A DNA stretch of 64,000 nt, taken from NCBI GenBank assembly GCA_040772705.1, contig JAXGXP010000006.1, positions 235,306 through 299,305 on the forward strand. The letters run 5' to 3'. Each line of letters begins with the position of its first letter. Within the stretch, counting starts at the first letter, position 1. Shown here in pieces: positions 9,009 through 19,167 of this stretch. This DNA is from Syntrophobacteraceae bacterium. GTDB lineage: Bacteria; Desulfobacterota; Syntrophobacteria; Syntrophobacterales; Syntrophobacteraceae. The notes under the pieces were generated by a model, which did not search any database, had not been told where the DNA came from, and saw nothing but the letters and a program-made list of their open reading frames with translations. Position numbers and translations under genes: made by a program.

Positions 9009-10526
9009 TTACCTGCCGCCAAAAGCCTTGAGACAGACGTTGCTGTTCTTCCAGGCGGTGCCCGTTGCGGTCCAGCTGGTGAGGTCGCTCCATTGCTTGC
9101 CGTCAGGGCTCAGGTAGCTTTGATTCTTCCAAGCCTTGGCGGCGCTGCTGTAGCCCGCGATGGGGGTCTCGATGGCCGCTCCGTAGGCGGTCCCTGGCGT
9201 CACCAGTCGCACCACCACGGAAAAATAGGTGCCGGGGGTGACCCTGACCGGATTGAATGGAATGGTGTGATAGCCGGGATTCGGGAGTGACGATTTGACG
9301 GTTCTGGCCAGGCTTCCGCTCCTCGGGTCAGTGGGCGTGACGTTCTTGTAGATGTAGACTTTGCAGGTGCAGTTGATCTGCGGGGTATAAAAGGCGACGG
9401 CCTTGATCTTCGGGGCGTTTTCGCTGGCCATAAAGACGTTGGCAAACCAGACGGTGTTGTTGTTGTTCTCATAGCCGGCACACTTGGTCCACCCCAGCGG
9501 ATCCCATTCGTAGATGCGGGAATAATTGGAGGCCGGTTCGACGTTGAGATAAATCGCCTGGGGCTTATAGGAGGTATCGTAGTAGGAAAGATAGAAGTAG
9601 CCGTTGTCACCCCAATCCTTGCCCCAGCTGTTCTTAACGATGAAGGCGCCGTCGCCTGGAGGGGTCTTGAGAAAATTGGCGCTGCTGTAACTATCGTCCC
9701 AGCCGACCACCACACCGGCATGGTTGCAGGTGGTATCTTTGTTCTGGTTGTAGTAGTAGGATGCATTCTGGCTGTTATAGTGACTGCCTAGATATCTGAA
9801 GCAGGCGGTGACGGCGCCGTGGCTCATGACCGCCTGTTTCACGTTGTCATTGTCCAAAAATCGGGATTTGGCGGTTCCACCTCGTTCAGGGAAAAAGATC
9901 ACCTCCTGGATGTGTTTGGCTGCCCACAGTCCGGCGGGAGCGCTCAGGAGATAGGGATAGGCATAATCCGCTTCTCTGACCGGGCCGTCCCAGCGTGCCA
10001 GATAGGCGGTGGCCATCCGGTCGGACCCCCCTCCGTTCTCCCAGCATGAGGCATTGTCGAAACCGTTGTAGTCGATGAGGTGGGCTTCGGCAAAATCGGC
10101 GTTCTGGGGCACGCTGAAATTCATCATACAGGATTCAAGTGAAGCAATGGCCGTAAAGGCCCAGCATGAAGCGCATTCCCCCTGGGTTCTAACGGCTGAA
10201 ACGCCGATACGGTCACGAAGATCGAATTTTGAGGGCAGGTCATCGGCGAGCAGGGTCGGCAGCCGCTTTCCCTTCAAATGGGGGAGGCTGACCGGATCGG
10301 GCCGAAACCCCAGAGGATGACCGTCGTCACTGAGCATGCTCATCTTTCCGGCTTTCGCGCTTTTCCGATACTGCACGAAGGCCGGATTGAGCGGCTGCGA
10401 CTGAGGGCAGACCAGGTTTGAGCCAGCTGCCATGGCCTTACCACGTTCCAGGGCAGGTGGCAAAAGACCCTGAGCTGCAACCAGCAGCAAGATGGTGAAG
10501 ACCGCTGTTTTCCTCCGGTACGGCAT
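9009..10526 (-). CDS. Secreted papain-family (C1) cysteine peptidase with about 150-aa C-terminal extension
   Basis: Signal-peptide-like N-terminus. Catalytic Cys motif QGECASCWAF, His motif NHAGVVVGWDD, and Asn/Trp motif VKNSWGKDWGDNGYFYLSY. Confidence 0.8.
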   Translation of the reverse strand: MPYRRKTAVFTILLLVAAQGLLPPALERGKAMAAGSNLVCPQSQPLNPAFVQYRKSAKAGKMSMLSDDGHPLGFRPDPVSLPHLKGKRLPTLLADDLPSKFDLRDRIGVSAVRTQGECASCWAFTAIASLESCMMNFSVPQNADFAEAHLIDYNGFDNASCWENGGGSDRMATAYLARWDGPVREADYAYPYLLSAPAGLWAAKHIQEVIFFPERGGTAKSRFLDNDNVKQAVMSHGAVTACFRYLGSHYNSQNASYYYNQNKDTTCNHAGVVVGWDDSYSSANFLKTPPGDGAFIVKNSWGKDWGDNGYFYLSYYDTSYKPQAIYLNVEPASNYSRIYEWDPLGWTKCAGYENNNNTVWFANVFMASENAPKIKAVAFYTPQINCTCKVYIYKNVTPTDPRSGSLARTVKSSLPNPGYHTIPFNPVRVTPGTYFSVVVRLVTPGTAYGAAIETPIAGYSSAAKAWKNQSYLSPDGKQWSDLTSWTATGTAWKNSNVCLKAFGGR

Positions 10527-10690
10527 GCTGGTTCTCCTTGAATGGCCGATGCGAAACCTTTCCCGGCCTGCGCCGGCAGGCGGGTGCCAAGCGGTGCCTT
10601 ATAGTAGAAGGGATTCACGCAGTTTTTCAAACCTTTTCTACAATAAGCAAGTAGATCCAAGGGGTTGCGCAGGAAGAAGGGACACTGACC

Positions 10691-11812
10691 ATGGGGCTCC
10701 TTTTCATCGACGGTAATCAGGCCGTGGCTATGGGTGCGGTCCATGCGGGCTGCCGATTCTTTTCCGCCTACCCCATCACCCCGGCGAGTGGTCTCTTGGC
10801 GGCGATGCTGGAACGACTTCCGGCGGTGGGCGGGATCGTCCTGCAGGGAGAGGATGAAATCGCGGCCATCGGATCCTGTCTGGGAGCGTCCATGGCCGGA
10901 ATGAAGGCCATGACCGCCACCTCGGGACCTGGCATCAGTCTCTACAGCGAGAATATATCGTTTGCCATCGGTGGTGAGATTCCTCTGGTGATTGTCGATG
11001 TCATGCGGCAGGGGCCCTCAACGGGGGCAGCTACGCTGGGAGCAGACGGGGATGTGCAGTTTCTGCGCTGGGGTTGCAGCGGTGGCCTGCCCGTGATTGT
11101 GCTGGCACCGGGCGATGTGAGGGATTGCTTCACCCTGACGGTCCATGCCTTCAACCTGGCAGAGCGCCTGCGGTGTCCGGTCTTCCTTGCGTCGAACAAA
11201 GAAATTGGCATGACACGGGAAACGGTTGCGTTCGAAAGCATCGACAAGCCATCCGTGAGCGGCAGAAAACACCACCAGGGCGGCCCGTTTCTGCCTTTTG
11301 GCGTGAAGGATGGAGAGGAGGTTCCGGCCTTTCTTCCCATCGGCGGCCCGGTGCCGGTGCGCCAGACTTCTTCGACGCATGGTGCCGACGGCTTCATCAC
11401 CACCGACCCAAAGCAGATCCAGGCCGGGGTTGACCGGCTGCAGAGGAAGATCGAATCCCACGCGGCCGACTTTACGTTCCATGAATTTGAAAAGCGGGAA
11501 GGGGCCGGGACGCTGATCGTGACCTACGGGGTCACGGCCCGGGCGGCCAAGGTGGCGGGATCGATGGTGCTGCGAGATCCTGGAAAGCCGGTTTCCGTCT
11601 TGGTTCTAAAGACCCTCTGGCCGGTTCCCGAGCAGCTCCTGCTCCAGGCGGCGGAAGGGGTGGAACGGGTCTTGATGGTGGAGATGAATCTTGGTCAGTA
11701 TGTCCATGAGGTGAGACGGGTGCTTGGCCGAGAGCGGGTGCACTTCCTTGGCAAGATGGATGGACGGCTGATCTCTCCCGGGGAAATCGCCAAGGCGGTG
11801 GTCCATGGCTAG
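10691..11812 (+). CDS. korA: 2-oxoacid:ferredoxin oxidoreductase subunit alpha
   Basis: N-terminus GNQAVAMGAVHAGCRFFSAYPITPAS and GEDEIAAIG, typical of the KorA/PorA family. The stop overlaps the next gene by 8 nt. Confidence 0.85.
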   Translation: MGLLFIDGNQAVAMGAVHAGCRFFSAYPITPASGLLAAMLERLPAVGGIVLQGEDEIAAIGSCLGASMAGMKAMTATSGPGISLYSENISFAIGGEIPLVIVDVMRQGPSTGAATLGADGDVQFLRWGCSGGLPVIVLAPGDVRDCFTLTVHAFNLAERLRCPVFLASNKEIGMTRETVAFESIDKPSVSGRKHHQGGPFLPFGVKDGEEVPAFLPIGGPVPVRQTSSTHGADGFITTDPKQIQAGVDRLQRKIESHAADFTFHEFEKREGAGTLIVTYGVTARAAKVAGSMVLRDPGKPVSVLVLKTLWPVPEQLLLQAAEGVERVLMVEMNLGQYVHEVRRVLGRERVHFLGKMDGRLISPGEIAKAVVHG

Positions 11813-13127
11813 TCTCCTCAATGCCGGCCGCCCGCCCGCTTTCTGCCCCGGCTGTGCCCACGAGCGTAGTCTGCACGCCCTTGACAGGGCCTTCGAGACG
11901 CTGGCGCTGGGACCTGACGAGGTGGCCATGGTGAGCGATATCGGCTGTTCCGGGCTCTTCGACACCTTTTTTGCCACCCACGCTTTTCATGGCCTGCACG
12001 GCCGAGCGCTCACCTATGCCGCCGGCATCAAACTGGCGCAGCCCCAGCTCAAGGTGGTGGTCACCATGGGAGACGGCGGGATTGGCATCGGCGGGGCGCA
12101 TCTCCTGGCAGCCTGTCGGCGCAACCTGGACCTTACGCTCCTGGTGCTGAACAACTTCAATTTCGGGATGACCGGCGGTCAATGCTCCTGCACCACACCT
12201 CCCCAGGCGATGGTGGCTTCCGGGTTCCTCAATGCCCTGGAACAGCCTGTCGACATATGCAGTGTCGCCGCCGCGGCGGGTGCTCCTTTCGTGGGGCGCG
12301 CTTCTGCTTACCAGCCCGAGTTGGCCCGCTTGCTGAGTGAGGCGATCGGTTACGAAGGGTTTGCCGTGGTGGATATCTGGGGACTGTGCACCGGCCACTA
12401 CAGCCGGCGAAACCGGCTGACTCCGGATGAGATTGAACGGGATATGGCAACACTGCCAACCTTTACCGGTCTGGTGGCCCGGAACCAGCGTTCGGAATAC
12501 GGAGCACGGTATCGCCGGGTACGGGATGCAAGCGCGGCGGGCGATGGTGAAGAGTATGAAATGGCAGCCATCTTTCCGTTACCCGTGAAGGACCGGCGGG
12601 AAATAGCCCTCCTCGGTGCCGCCGGCGACCGCATCAATTCCGCCGGAAGCCTGCTGGCCCACGCCGCCATCCTTGGGGGGATGCAGGCAACCCAGAAAAA
12701 CGATTACGACATCACCGTCATGCGTGGCCCGTCGGTGAGTGAGCTGATCCTTTCACCGGAACCGATCGGCTATACGGGCGTCGAACGGCCGGACCTGGTG
12801 GTGGCGCTTGCCCCGGAAGGGGTGCGACGCAAGGCCGAACTCTTTGCCAAAATGGCCCCGACCGGCCGGGTGCTCTGTGAAAAAGGCCTGGTCCTTCCGG
12901 CTACGGCCGCCCGCCTTCTCGAAGTCGACTTCAAGCGGCATGGCTTCAGACGAACCGAACGAGCCCTGGCAGCCCTGGTACTGCTGGCCCGGGGTGGAGA
13001 CCCGATCACCCTCGCCATGCTCGAAGGCGGCCTGCGGCGAATCTCTCGGGGTGAGATCCTCGACGCCGGTCTGGACCTCATCGAGCGGGCAAAGACGGTT
13101 CCATGGCCTCCCCGGGAGTCTCAATAA
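11805..13127 (+). CDS. korB: 2-oxoacid:ferredoxin oxidoreductase subunit beta fused to a gamma-like C-terminal domain
   Basis: TPP-binding beta motifs FCPGCAHE, SDIGCS, TMGDGGIGIGG. The C-terminal 180 aa or so (ALLGAAGDRINSAG...ITVMRGPSVSE) resembles the gamma subunit. Confidence 0.8.
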   Translation: MASLLNAGRPPAFCPGCAHERSLHALDRAFETLALGPDEVAMVSDIGCSGLFDTFFATHAFHGLHGRALTYAAGIKLAQPQLKVVVTMGDGGIGIGGAHLLAACRRNLDLTLLVLNNFNFGMTGGQCSCTTPPQAMVASGFLNALEQPVDICSVAAAAGAPFVGRASAYQPELARLLSEAIGYEGFAVVDIWGLCTGHYSRRNRLTPDEIERDMATLPTFTGLVARNQRSEYGARYRRVRDASAAGDGEEYEMAAIFPLPVKDRREIALLGAAGDRINSAGSLLAHAAILGGMQATQKNDYDITVMRGPSVSELILSPEPIGYTGVERPDLVVALAPEGVRRKAELFAKMAPTGRVLCEKGLVLPATAARLLEVDFKRHGFRRTERALAALVLLARGGDPITLAMLEGGLRRISRGEILDAGLDLIERAKTVPWPPRESQ

Positions 13128-13206
13128 TGATTTCCTGGTGCCCCTTCGGGCAGCTTTGGGGAGGCATAACTGACTCATCGTCATCCCCGCCAGGGTCAAA
13201 GCCCCG

Positions 13207-14385
13207 TCAACTGCCCCTGGGGGCAAAGGCATCAAGGCCGGTGATATCGCGGCCGAGGATCAGGGTGTGGATATCATGAGTTCCCTCGTAGGTGTAGACG
13301 GACTCAAGATTCAGCATATGGCGGATGGCGTGGTAATCGAGGGTGATGCCGTTGGCCCCGAGGATGTCGCGAGCGGTGCGAGCGATCTTGAGCGCCTCGG
13401 CCACATTGTTCCTCTTGGCCAGAGAGACCTGGGTATGGCGGGCCCGGCCGGCATCCTTGAGACGGCCGAGCTGGACGCACAGCAGCTGGGCTTTGGTGAT
13501 TTCGGTCAGCATCTGCACCAGTTTGGCCTGCACCAGTTGGAAGCTGGCAATGGGAACCTGGAATTGGATGCGGCTCTTGGCGTATTCGAGGGCGGTCTCG
13601 TAGCACGCCATGGCGGCGCCGACCGCACCCCAGGCAATGCCATAGCGGGCTTCGTTGAGGCACGTGAGGGCGGATCTGATGCCATCGGTGCCGGGCAGCA
13701 CGTTTTCCGCCGGAATCCGGACATCATCCAGGGCCAGTCCGGAGGTGACCGAAGCGCGCAGGGAATACTTCCAGGGAATGGGGAAGGCCTCGAAGCCCGG
13801 GGTGCCCTTTTCCACCAGAAAGCCGCGAATGCCGCCCTCCGTCTGCGCCCAGATCACGGCCACGTCAGCCATTTCCCCGTTGGTGATCCACATCTTGCTG
13901 CCATTGAGCACATAATCCCCGCCCTTGCGGATGGCACGCGTCCGCATGTGCACGGGATCTGACCCGGTGTCGGGTTCAGTGAGGCCGAAGCATCCCACTG
14001 CTCTTCCGCAAGCCAGGGCGGGCAGCCACTGTGTTCTCTGGGCTTCGGAACCGAAGGTATAAATGGGGTGCATGACGAGGGAATTCTGCACGGATACGAA
14101 AGAGCGGAGTCCGCTGTCGCCGCGTTCGAGTTCCTGACAGACGAGGCCATAGACCACATTGTTCATGCCCGGGCAGTCATATCCCTCGATCTTGATTCCC
14201 AGGAGTCCCAAGTCAGCCAATTGGGGAATGAGATCCCGGTCGAACCGTCCTTCGTCGAAAGCTGTTCCTATGCTTGGAAGGTACTGCTCCTCCACCCAGC
14301 GGCGGATGGTGTCACGGACATTCCGCTCATCGATGCTCAGCAGATCTCCGGTCTGATAATAATCAACACCCTGGAACGGTTTCAT
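13207..14385 (-). CDS. gcdH: Glutaryl-CoA dehydrogenase-like acyl-CoA dehydrogenase
   Basis: Acyl-CoA dehydrogenase architecture. FGLTEPDTGSDP, and C-terminal VYTYEGTHDIHTLILGRDITG typical of the glutaryl-CoA dehydrogenase clade. Confidence 0.8.
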   Translation of the reverse strand: MKPFQGVDYYQTGDLLSIDERNVRDTIRRWVEEQYLPSIGTAFDEGRFDRDLIPQLADLGLLGIKIEGYDCPGMNNVVYGLVCQELERGDSGLRSFVSVQNSLVMHPIYTFGSEAQRTQWLPALACGRAVGCFGLTEPDTGSDPVHMRTRAIRKGGDYVLNGSKMWITNGEMADVAVIWAQTEGGIRGFLVEKGTPGFEAFPIPWKYSLRASVTSGLALDDVRIPAENVLPGTDGIRSALTCLNEARYGIAWGAVGAAMACYETALEYAKSRIQFQVPIASFQLVQAKLVQMLTEITKAQLLCVQLGRLKDAGRARHTQVSLAKRNNVAEALKIARTARDILGANGITLDYHAIRHMLNLESVYTYEGTHDIHTLILGRDITGLDAFAPRGS

Positions 14386-14852
14386 GGCTCATTCCTCCTT
14401 GTTTGGTCGGGGTCTTGCTCTGGGTGCCGAATGCCGGGTTGTCGCCGGCAACCTCATGCACGTCCCCAACCTTCGGGCCGGGGGGTGTTGAGACAGGACT
14501 CGATGGCTGCCAGAATCCTCCCAAGAAATAGTGGACACCAGGCAAGACCCCTCGTATATAGTGTCATTAAGGAGTCCCTGAAAAGGGCGATTAAAACCCG
14601 TCGTTTGGTCATATGTGCCCGGCACTCCTGGCGAGAATTCCACCTGATCACGGATGGGCCATGGCCGGTCGGGTTGTTGCGCCACCCTCATGGGGCTGTG
14701 GTGAGCAAGATTGCCGGCTTTAGAGTCCCCCCAGGATCCAGGTTCACTATTATGGTACGAATGAATCACCGATGCAAACGAAGGATGACGACAGGCTCCG
14801 GGCAGGGATCGGTTGCTGGTCGTTGCCGAACTGGTTCGTTGAAAGGTGGCAG

Positions 14853-15275
14853 ATGAGAGCACTGATTGTGGATGACGACACCATCGGCAGCAGAGTGCTG
14901 GCTAAATTCCTATCCCCTTATGGTCAATGCGATCTGGTCACGGACGGGCTCGAGGCCATCAATGCCTTTGTTTTGGCCTCAACCGAGAAACGCCCCTATG
15001 ACGTGGTTTTTCTCGACATCATGATGCCCGTTATGGATGGACACGAGACCTTGCGGATGATTCGACAGTTGGAGGATAAATACTGCATTGCCGAGCGGAA
15101 TCGCGTCAAGGTCATTATGATAACCGGGAGCACCGAGCGTGACCACATCATCCGGGCGGCGGTGGACAAGTGCAGCGCCTACCTGGTGAAACCCGTCCAA
15201 AAAGGGAAGGTGTTGGAGAAGCTGAAGACCCTGGGACTGGTACCCGACGATTCCGAGAACGGTTGGTTCGAATAA
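14853..15275 (+). CDS. Single-domain CheY-like response regulator
   Basis: MRALIVDDD, VFLDIMMPVMDG, MITG, YLVKP receiver motifs. ATG 14853 is preceded by GAAAGGTGG. Confidence 0.8.
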   Translation: MRALIVDDDTIGSRVLAKFLSPYGQCDLVTDGLEAINAFVLASTEKRPYDVVFLDIMMPVMDGHETLRMIRQLEDKYCIAERNRVKVIMITGSTERDHIIRAAVDKCSAYLVKPVQKGKVLEKLKTLGLVPDDSENGWFE

Positions 15276-15341
15276 CCTGGTGCGGCTTGAATCTCCAGGT
15301 CCCGATGGGTGGGGCCGGGCAGGGATGAATGAGGGAAAGCC

Positions 15342-16544
15342 ATGGACCAGCAGGATTACATCGACCTGGAAGACGATTACGGGGCTCACAACTATCGGCC
15401 GCTCGACGTCGTCTTGCAGCGAGGCGCGGGTGTCTGGGTGTGGGATGTGACGGGCAGGCGCTACCTGGATTGCCTTGCTTCCTATTCCGCAGTCAATCAG
15501 GGCCACTGCCATCCCAGGATCCTGGTGGCCATGGTCGAACAGGCCGGCAGACTCACCCTTACTTCCCGGGCTTTTCGCAACGACCAGCTCGGTCTGTTTT
15601 ACAAGGAGCTCTGTGAACTGACCGCGTCGCACAAGGTGCTGCCCATGAACAGCGGCGCGGAAGCGGTCGAAACCGCCATCAAGACGGTCCGCAAATGGGG
15701 CTACCGGATCAAGGGGGTGCCTCCGGACCGGGCTGAAATCATCGTGTGTGCCAACAATTTCCATGGCAGAACCATCACCATCGTGGGGTTCAGCACCGAG
15801 GAGCACTCCCGGGCCGATTTCGGTCCCTTCACTCCCGGTTTCAAAGTGATTCCCTTTGGCGACGCCGATGCCCTGGAGCAGGCTATCACACCCAATACCG
15901 TGGCCTTTCTGGTGGAACCCATTCAGGGGGAAGCGGGCGTGATCATCCCTCCCGCAGGGTACCTGAAGCGGGTGAGAGACATCTGCACGCGGCAGAAGGT
16001 GGTGCTCATTCTGGATGAAATCCAGACCGGCCTCGGTCGAACCGGGAAACTCCTGGCCGAGCAGCACGAAGGCATCGAGTCGGACCTGACCCTTATCGGG
16101 AAGGCGCTGTCAGGAGGTTTCTATCCGGTCTCGGCGGTGCTTTCCAATACCGAAATCCTCGGTGTGTTACGTCCCGGCGAACACGGCAGCACCTTTGGCG
16201 GCAATCCCCTGGCCTGTGCGGTGGCGCGGATGGCCATGAAGGTCCTGGTCGAGGAAGGCATGATCGAAAATTCAGCCCGTATGGGAGACTACTTTGTGTC
16301 GGCGCTCCGGCAGCTTGGAAGTCCCCTGGTCAAGGAAGTGCGCGGCAGAGGCTTGATGATCGGACTCGAGCTGTTCGCCGCGGCAGGGGGGGCCCGGCGC
16401 TATTGTGAAAAGCTTATGGCGCGGGGACTGCTCTGCAAGGAAACGCATGAACACACCATTCGCCTGGCGCCTCCCCTGATTGTCCGGCAGGAGGAAATTG
16501 ACTGGGCGATGGAGAGGCTTGCCGCGGTCTTGAAGGAGCCCTGA
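15342..16544 (+). CDS. rocD: Ornithine--oxo-acid aminotransferase
   Basis: [12 protein letters not shown]...[47 protein letters not shown]; this closely matches the ornithine aminotransferase pattern. Confidence 0.85.
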   Translation: MDQQDYIDLEDDYGAHNYRPLDVVLQRGAGVWVWDVTGRRYLDCLASYSAVNQGHCHPRILVAMVEQAGRLTLTSRAFRNDQLGLFYKELCELTASHKVLPMNSGAEAVETAIKTVRKWGYRIKGVPPDRAEIIVCANNFHGRTITIVGFSTEEHSRADFGPFTPGFKVIPFGDADALEQAITPNTVAFLVEPIQGEAGVIIPPAGYLKRVRDICTRQKVVLILDEIQTGLGRTGKLLAEQHEGIESDLTLIGKALSGGFYPVSAVLSNTEILGVLRPGEHGSTFGGNPLACAVARMAMKVLVEEGMIENSARMGDYFVSALRQLGSPLVKEVRGRGLMIGLELFAAAGGARRYCEKLMARGLLCKETHEHTIRLAPPLIVRQEEIDWAMERLAAVLKEP

Positions 16545-16705
16545 CGAAGCGGTGCCGGTCCATACCAGGGGGCCGATTCCCTGGGTGGTCCGCGAAGGGT
16601 ACGGACGGTGTGAGAACCTCTCCCTGAGGTGCCCGTGCCGGCACCCAGCACTCAAAACCTGGCACTCAGCACTCCCCAGCCAGCATTTCGTGGAGCGTAC
16701 TCACC

Positions 16706-18046
16706 ATGGAACGGGTCATCATCATGGGAGCCGCTGGACGTGACTTCCACAACTTCAACGTCTACTTCAAAGGCAATCTCCGCTATCAGGTGGTGGCCTT
16801 CACGGCGGCGCAAATCCCGGCCATCGACAATCGGGTTTATCCTCCCGAGCTGGCCGGAGATCTCTATCCGGAGGGCATTCCCATTTACCCGGAGAAGGAC
16901 CTGTCATCGCTGATCGAACGCCACAAAGCGGATCTGGTGGCATTTTCCTACAGCGATGTGCCTCACGTCGAGGTCATGCACAAGGCATCGCTGACCATGG
17001 CCAAGGGCGCGGATTTCATCCTCATTGGGGCAACCTATACCATGCTGCGCTCCCGCCTCCCGGTCGTTGCCGTGTGCGCCGTCAGGACCGGGTGCGGAAA
17101 GTCCCAGACGACCCGGCACGTGGCGCAGATCCTCGCGGGACTGGGAAAGCGAGTGGTGGTCGTACGCCACCCCATGCCCTATGGCGATCTACGCCGGCAG
17201 ATCGTTCAGCGGTTCTCCACCTATGAGGATTTTGAACGTCAGCACTGCACCATTGAGGAGCGGGAAGAATATGAGCCGCTGGTAGATCAGGGCATGGTGG
17301 TCTATGCCGGGGTTGACTACGGGCGGATTCTGAGCGCCGCCGAAGCAGAGGCGGACGTGATTGTCTGGGATGGCGGCAACAACGACACCCCCTTCTACTT
17401 TCCCGATCTCCACCTGGTGTTGGTTGACCCGCATCGCCCGGGGCATGAACGCCTTTACTTTCCCGGGGAGACCAACCTGCTCATGGCCGATGTGGTGATA
17501 ATCAACAAGGTGGACACGGCCCCCCCCGGCAATGTGTTGCGGTTGCGCAGGAGCATTCTCGAGATTGCTCCGCAGGCGGAAATCCTCATGGCGGAGTCGC
17601 CGGTAGTGATCGGCAATCCCGAGTTAGTCAAGGGCAAGCGGGTCCTGGCGGTTGAGGACGGTCCGACCCTCACCCACGGTGGGATGGCTTTCGGGGCTGC
17701 CAGGATTGCCGCCGAAACCTATGGTGCCAGCGGCCTCGTGGATCCAAGAGCGAGTGCGGTCGGGTCCATCGCCCAGGCGTACCATGATTATCCCCACATT
17801 GGTCCGGTGCTTCCCGCCATGGGGTATAGTGATCAGCAGATTCGCGACCTGGAACAGACCATCAACGCCGCGGACTGCGACGTCGTATTGTTTGCCACAC
17901 CGATCCAGCTGACCCGCCTGGTTGCCATCAATAAACCCACCCTTCGCGTTCGTTATGAATATCGCGACCATGCGAAACCGACCCTCAGAGAGGTACTGCT
18001 GAGGCGGTTTGCGGCCATTGAGGAAACAAAGGCAGGCCAATTATAA
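16706..18046 (+). CDS. COG2403-type P-loop protein (annotated in databases as predicted GTPase / cyclic 2,3-diphosphoglycerate synthetase-like); function unknown
   Basis: N-terminus VIIMGAAGRDFHNFN, Walker A VRTGCGKSQTT, Walker B-like VIVWDGGNND. Confidence 0.7.
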   Translation: MERVIIMGAAGRDFHNFNVYFKGNLRYQVVAFTAAQIPAIDNRVYPPELAGDLYPEGIPIYPEKDLSSLIERHKADLVAFSYSDVPHVEVMHKASLTMAKGADFILIGATYTMLRSRLPVVAVCAVRTGCGKSQTTRHVAQILAGLGKRVVVVRHPMPYGDLRRQIVQRFSTYEDFERQHCTIEEREEYEPLVDQGMVVYAGVDYGRILSAAEAEADVIVWDGGNNDTPFYFPDLHLVLVDPHRPGHERLYFPGETNLLMADVVIINKVDTAPPGNVLRLRRSILEIAPQAEILMAESPVVIGNPELVKGKRVLAVEDGPTLTHGGMAFGAARIAAETYGASGLVDPRASAVGSIAQAYHDYPHIGPVLPAMGYSDQQIRDLEQTINAADCDVVLFATPIQLTRLVAINKPTLRVRYEYRDHAKPTLREVLLRRFAAIEETKAGQL

Positions 18047-18060
18047 AGGAGTGCTGCCAT

Positions 18061-18999
18061 ATGGAGCAGGCGCCAGGACCGGAGATACTGCTGGTGGCCC
18101 TGGGCGGCAACGCCCTGATCCGCAAGGATCAGCGAGGGACGGTGCCGGAACAGTTCGAGAACCTGAACGTTCCCATCCGGCAGGTTGCGCGTCTTTCCCG
18201 GCGCTATCGAATCATCATCACCCACGGCAACGGCCCCCAGGTGGGCAATCTGCTGCTCCAGCAGGAATGCTGTGACGCTGTGCCGCCGCTTCCCCTCGAG
18301 ATCCTCGTTGCCCAGACCCAGGGGCAGATCGGCTACATGATCGAGTCCACGCTTGACAGTGAGTTGATGGCCCTGGGCGTTCAGAGCGGGCAGTTCCTGG
18401 TCAGCCTCATCAGCTATGTGGTAGTGGACGTCAACGACCCGGCTTTCAAGGAACCCTCCAAACCCATCGGTCCCGCTCTGTCGCCGGAGACGGTGGCCTC
18501 GGCACCTTATCCCGTCATGCTGACTCCAAAAGGCCACCGCCGGGTGGTTGCCTCTCCGCGGCCGGTCACCATCGTCGAGAAGGGAGAGATCAAACGTCTG
18601 ATCGAGACCGGGTTTATTGTCATCTGCTGCGGCGGCGGCGGGATCCCCGTGATCCGGGAGGGCCGGACCTTTTGCGGCGTGGATGCGGTCATCGATAAGG
18701 ATCTGGCCAGCGCCCGCCTGGCGGAAGAGGTCGGAGTGACCATCTTCCTCATGGCGACTGACGTTGAAGGTGTGGCCCTCGATTTTGGCAGATCCTCCCA
18801 GCGCTTTCTGCGCCGCCTGACGGTTGCCGAGGCCGAACACCATCTAAGAGCAGGCCAGTTTCCATCGGGTTCCATGGGCCCGAAAGTGGAAGCCGCCGTG
18901 CAATTCATCCGCCAGGGAGGATCGCGAGCGGTGATTGCCTCTATCGAGGAGATCGAGGAGGCGGTCGCCGGCCGCGCGGGAACGGAGTTTGTGCCGTGA
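18061..18999 (+). CDS. arcC: Carbamate kinase
   Basis: LVALGGNAL, ITHGNGPQVGNLLLQ, GGGGIPV, KDLASARLA motifs. Confidence 0.9.
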   Translation: MEQAPGPEILLVALGGNALIRKDQRGTVPEQFENLNVPIRQVARLSRRYRIIITHGNGPQVGNLLLQQECCDAVPPLPLEILVAQTQGQIGYMIESTLDSELMALGVQSGQFLVSLISYVVVDVNDPAFKEPSKPIGPALSPETVASAPYPVMLTPKGHRRVVASPRPVTIVEKGEIKRLIETGFIVICCGGGGIPVIREGRTFCGVDAVIDKDLASARLAEEVGVTIFLMATDVEGVALDFGRSSQRFLRRLTVAEAEHHLRAGQFPSGSMGPKVEAAVQFIRQGGSRAVIASIEEIEEAVAGRAGTEFVP

Positions 19000-19167
19000 C
19001 GAGATGGCTCGACGGGGGCGGTGTTGCTGCCATCGCCAGGGATAGAAGGACGCGAGGCGATGTCGTCGCATCCTTCGGAGCCTGGGTGTTCCTGGTGAGG
19101 CCGGCAAGGGCTGAAACGAGCGCCGGCGCGGTTACATTATTTGGAGAACTTCTCTGGCCGGCCTTTT

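Noticed and set aside
16660-16675. TGGCAC that might be a sigma-54 -24 element upstream of the COG2403 gene
   Set aside because: There is no TTGC -12 element at the required GG-N10-GC spacing. Other TGG...TTGC candidates (5587-5604, about 14800) have 12-nt rather than 10-nt spacing.
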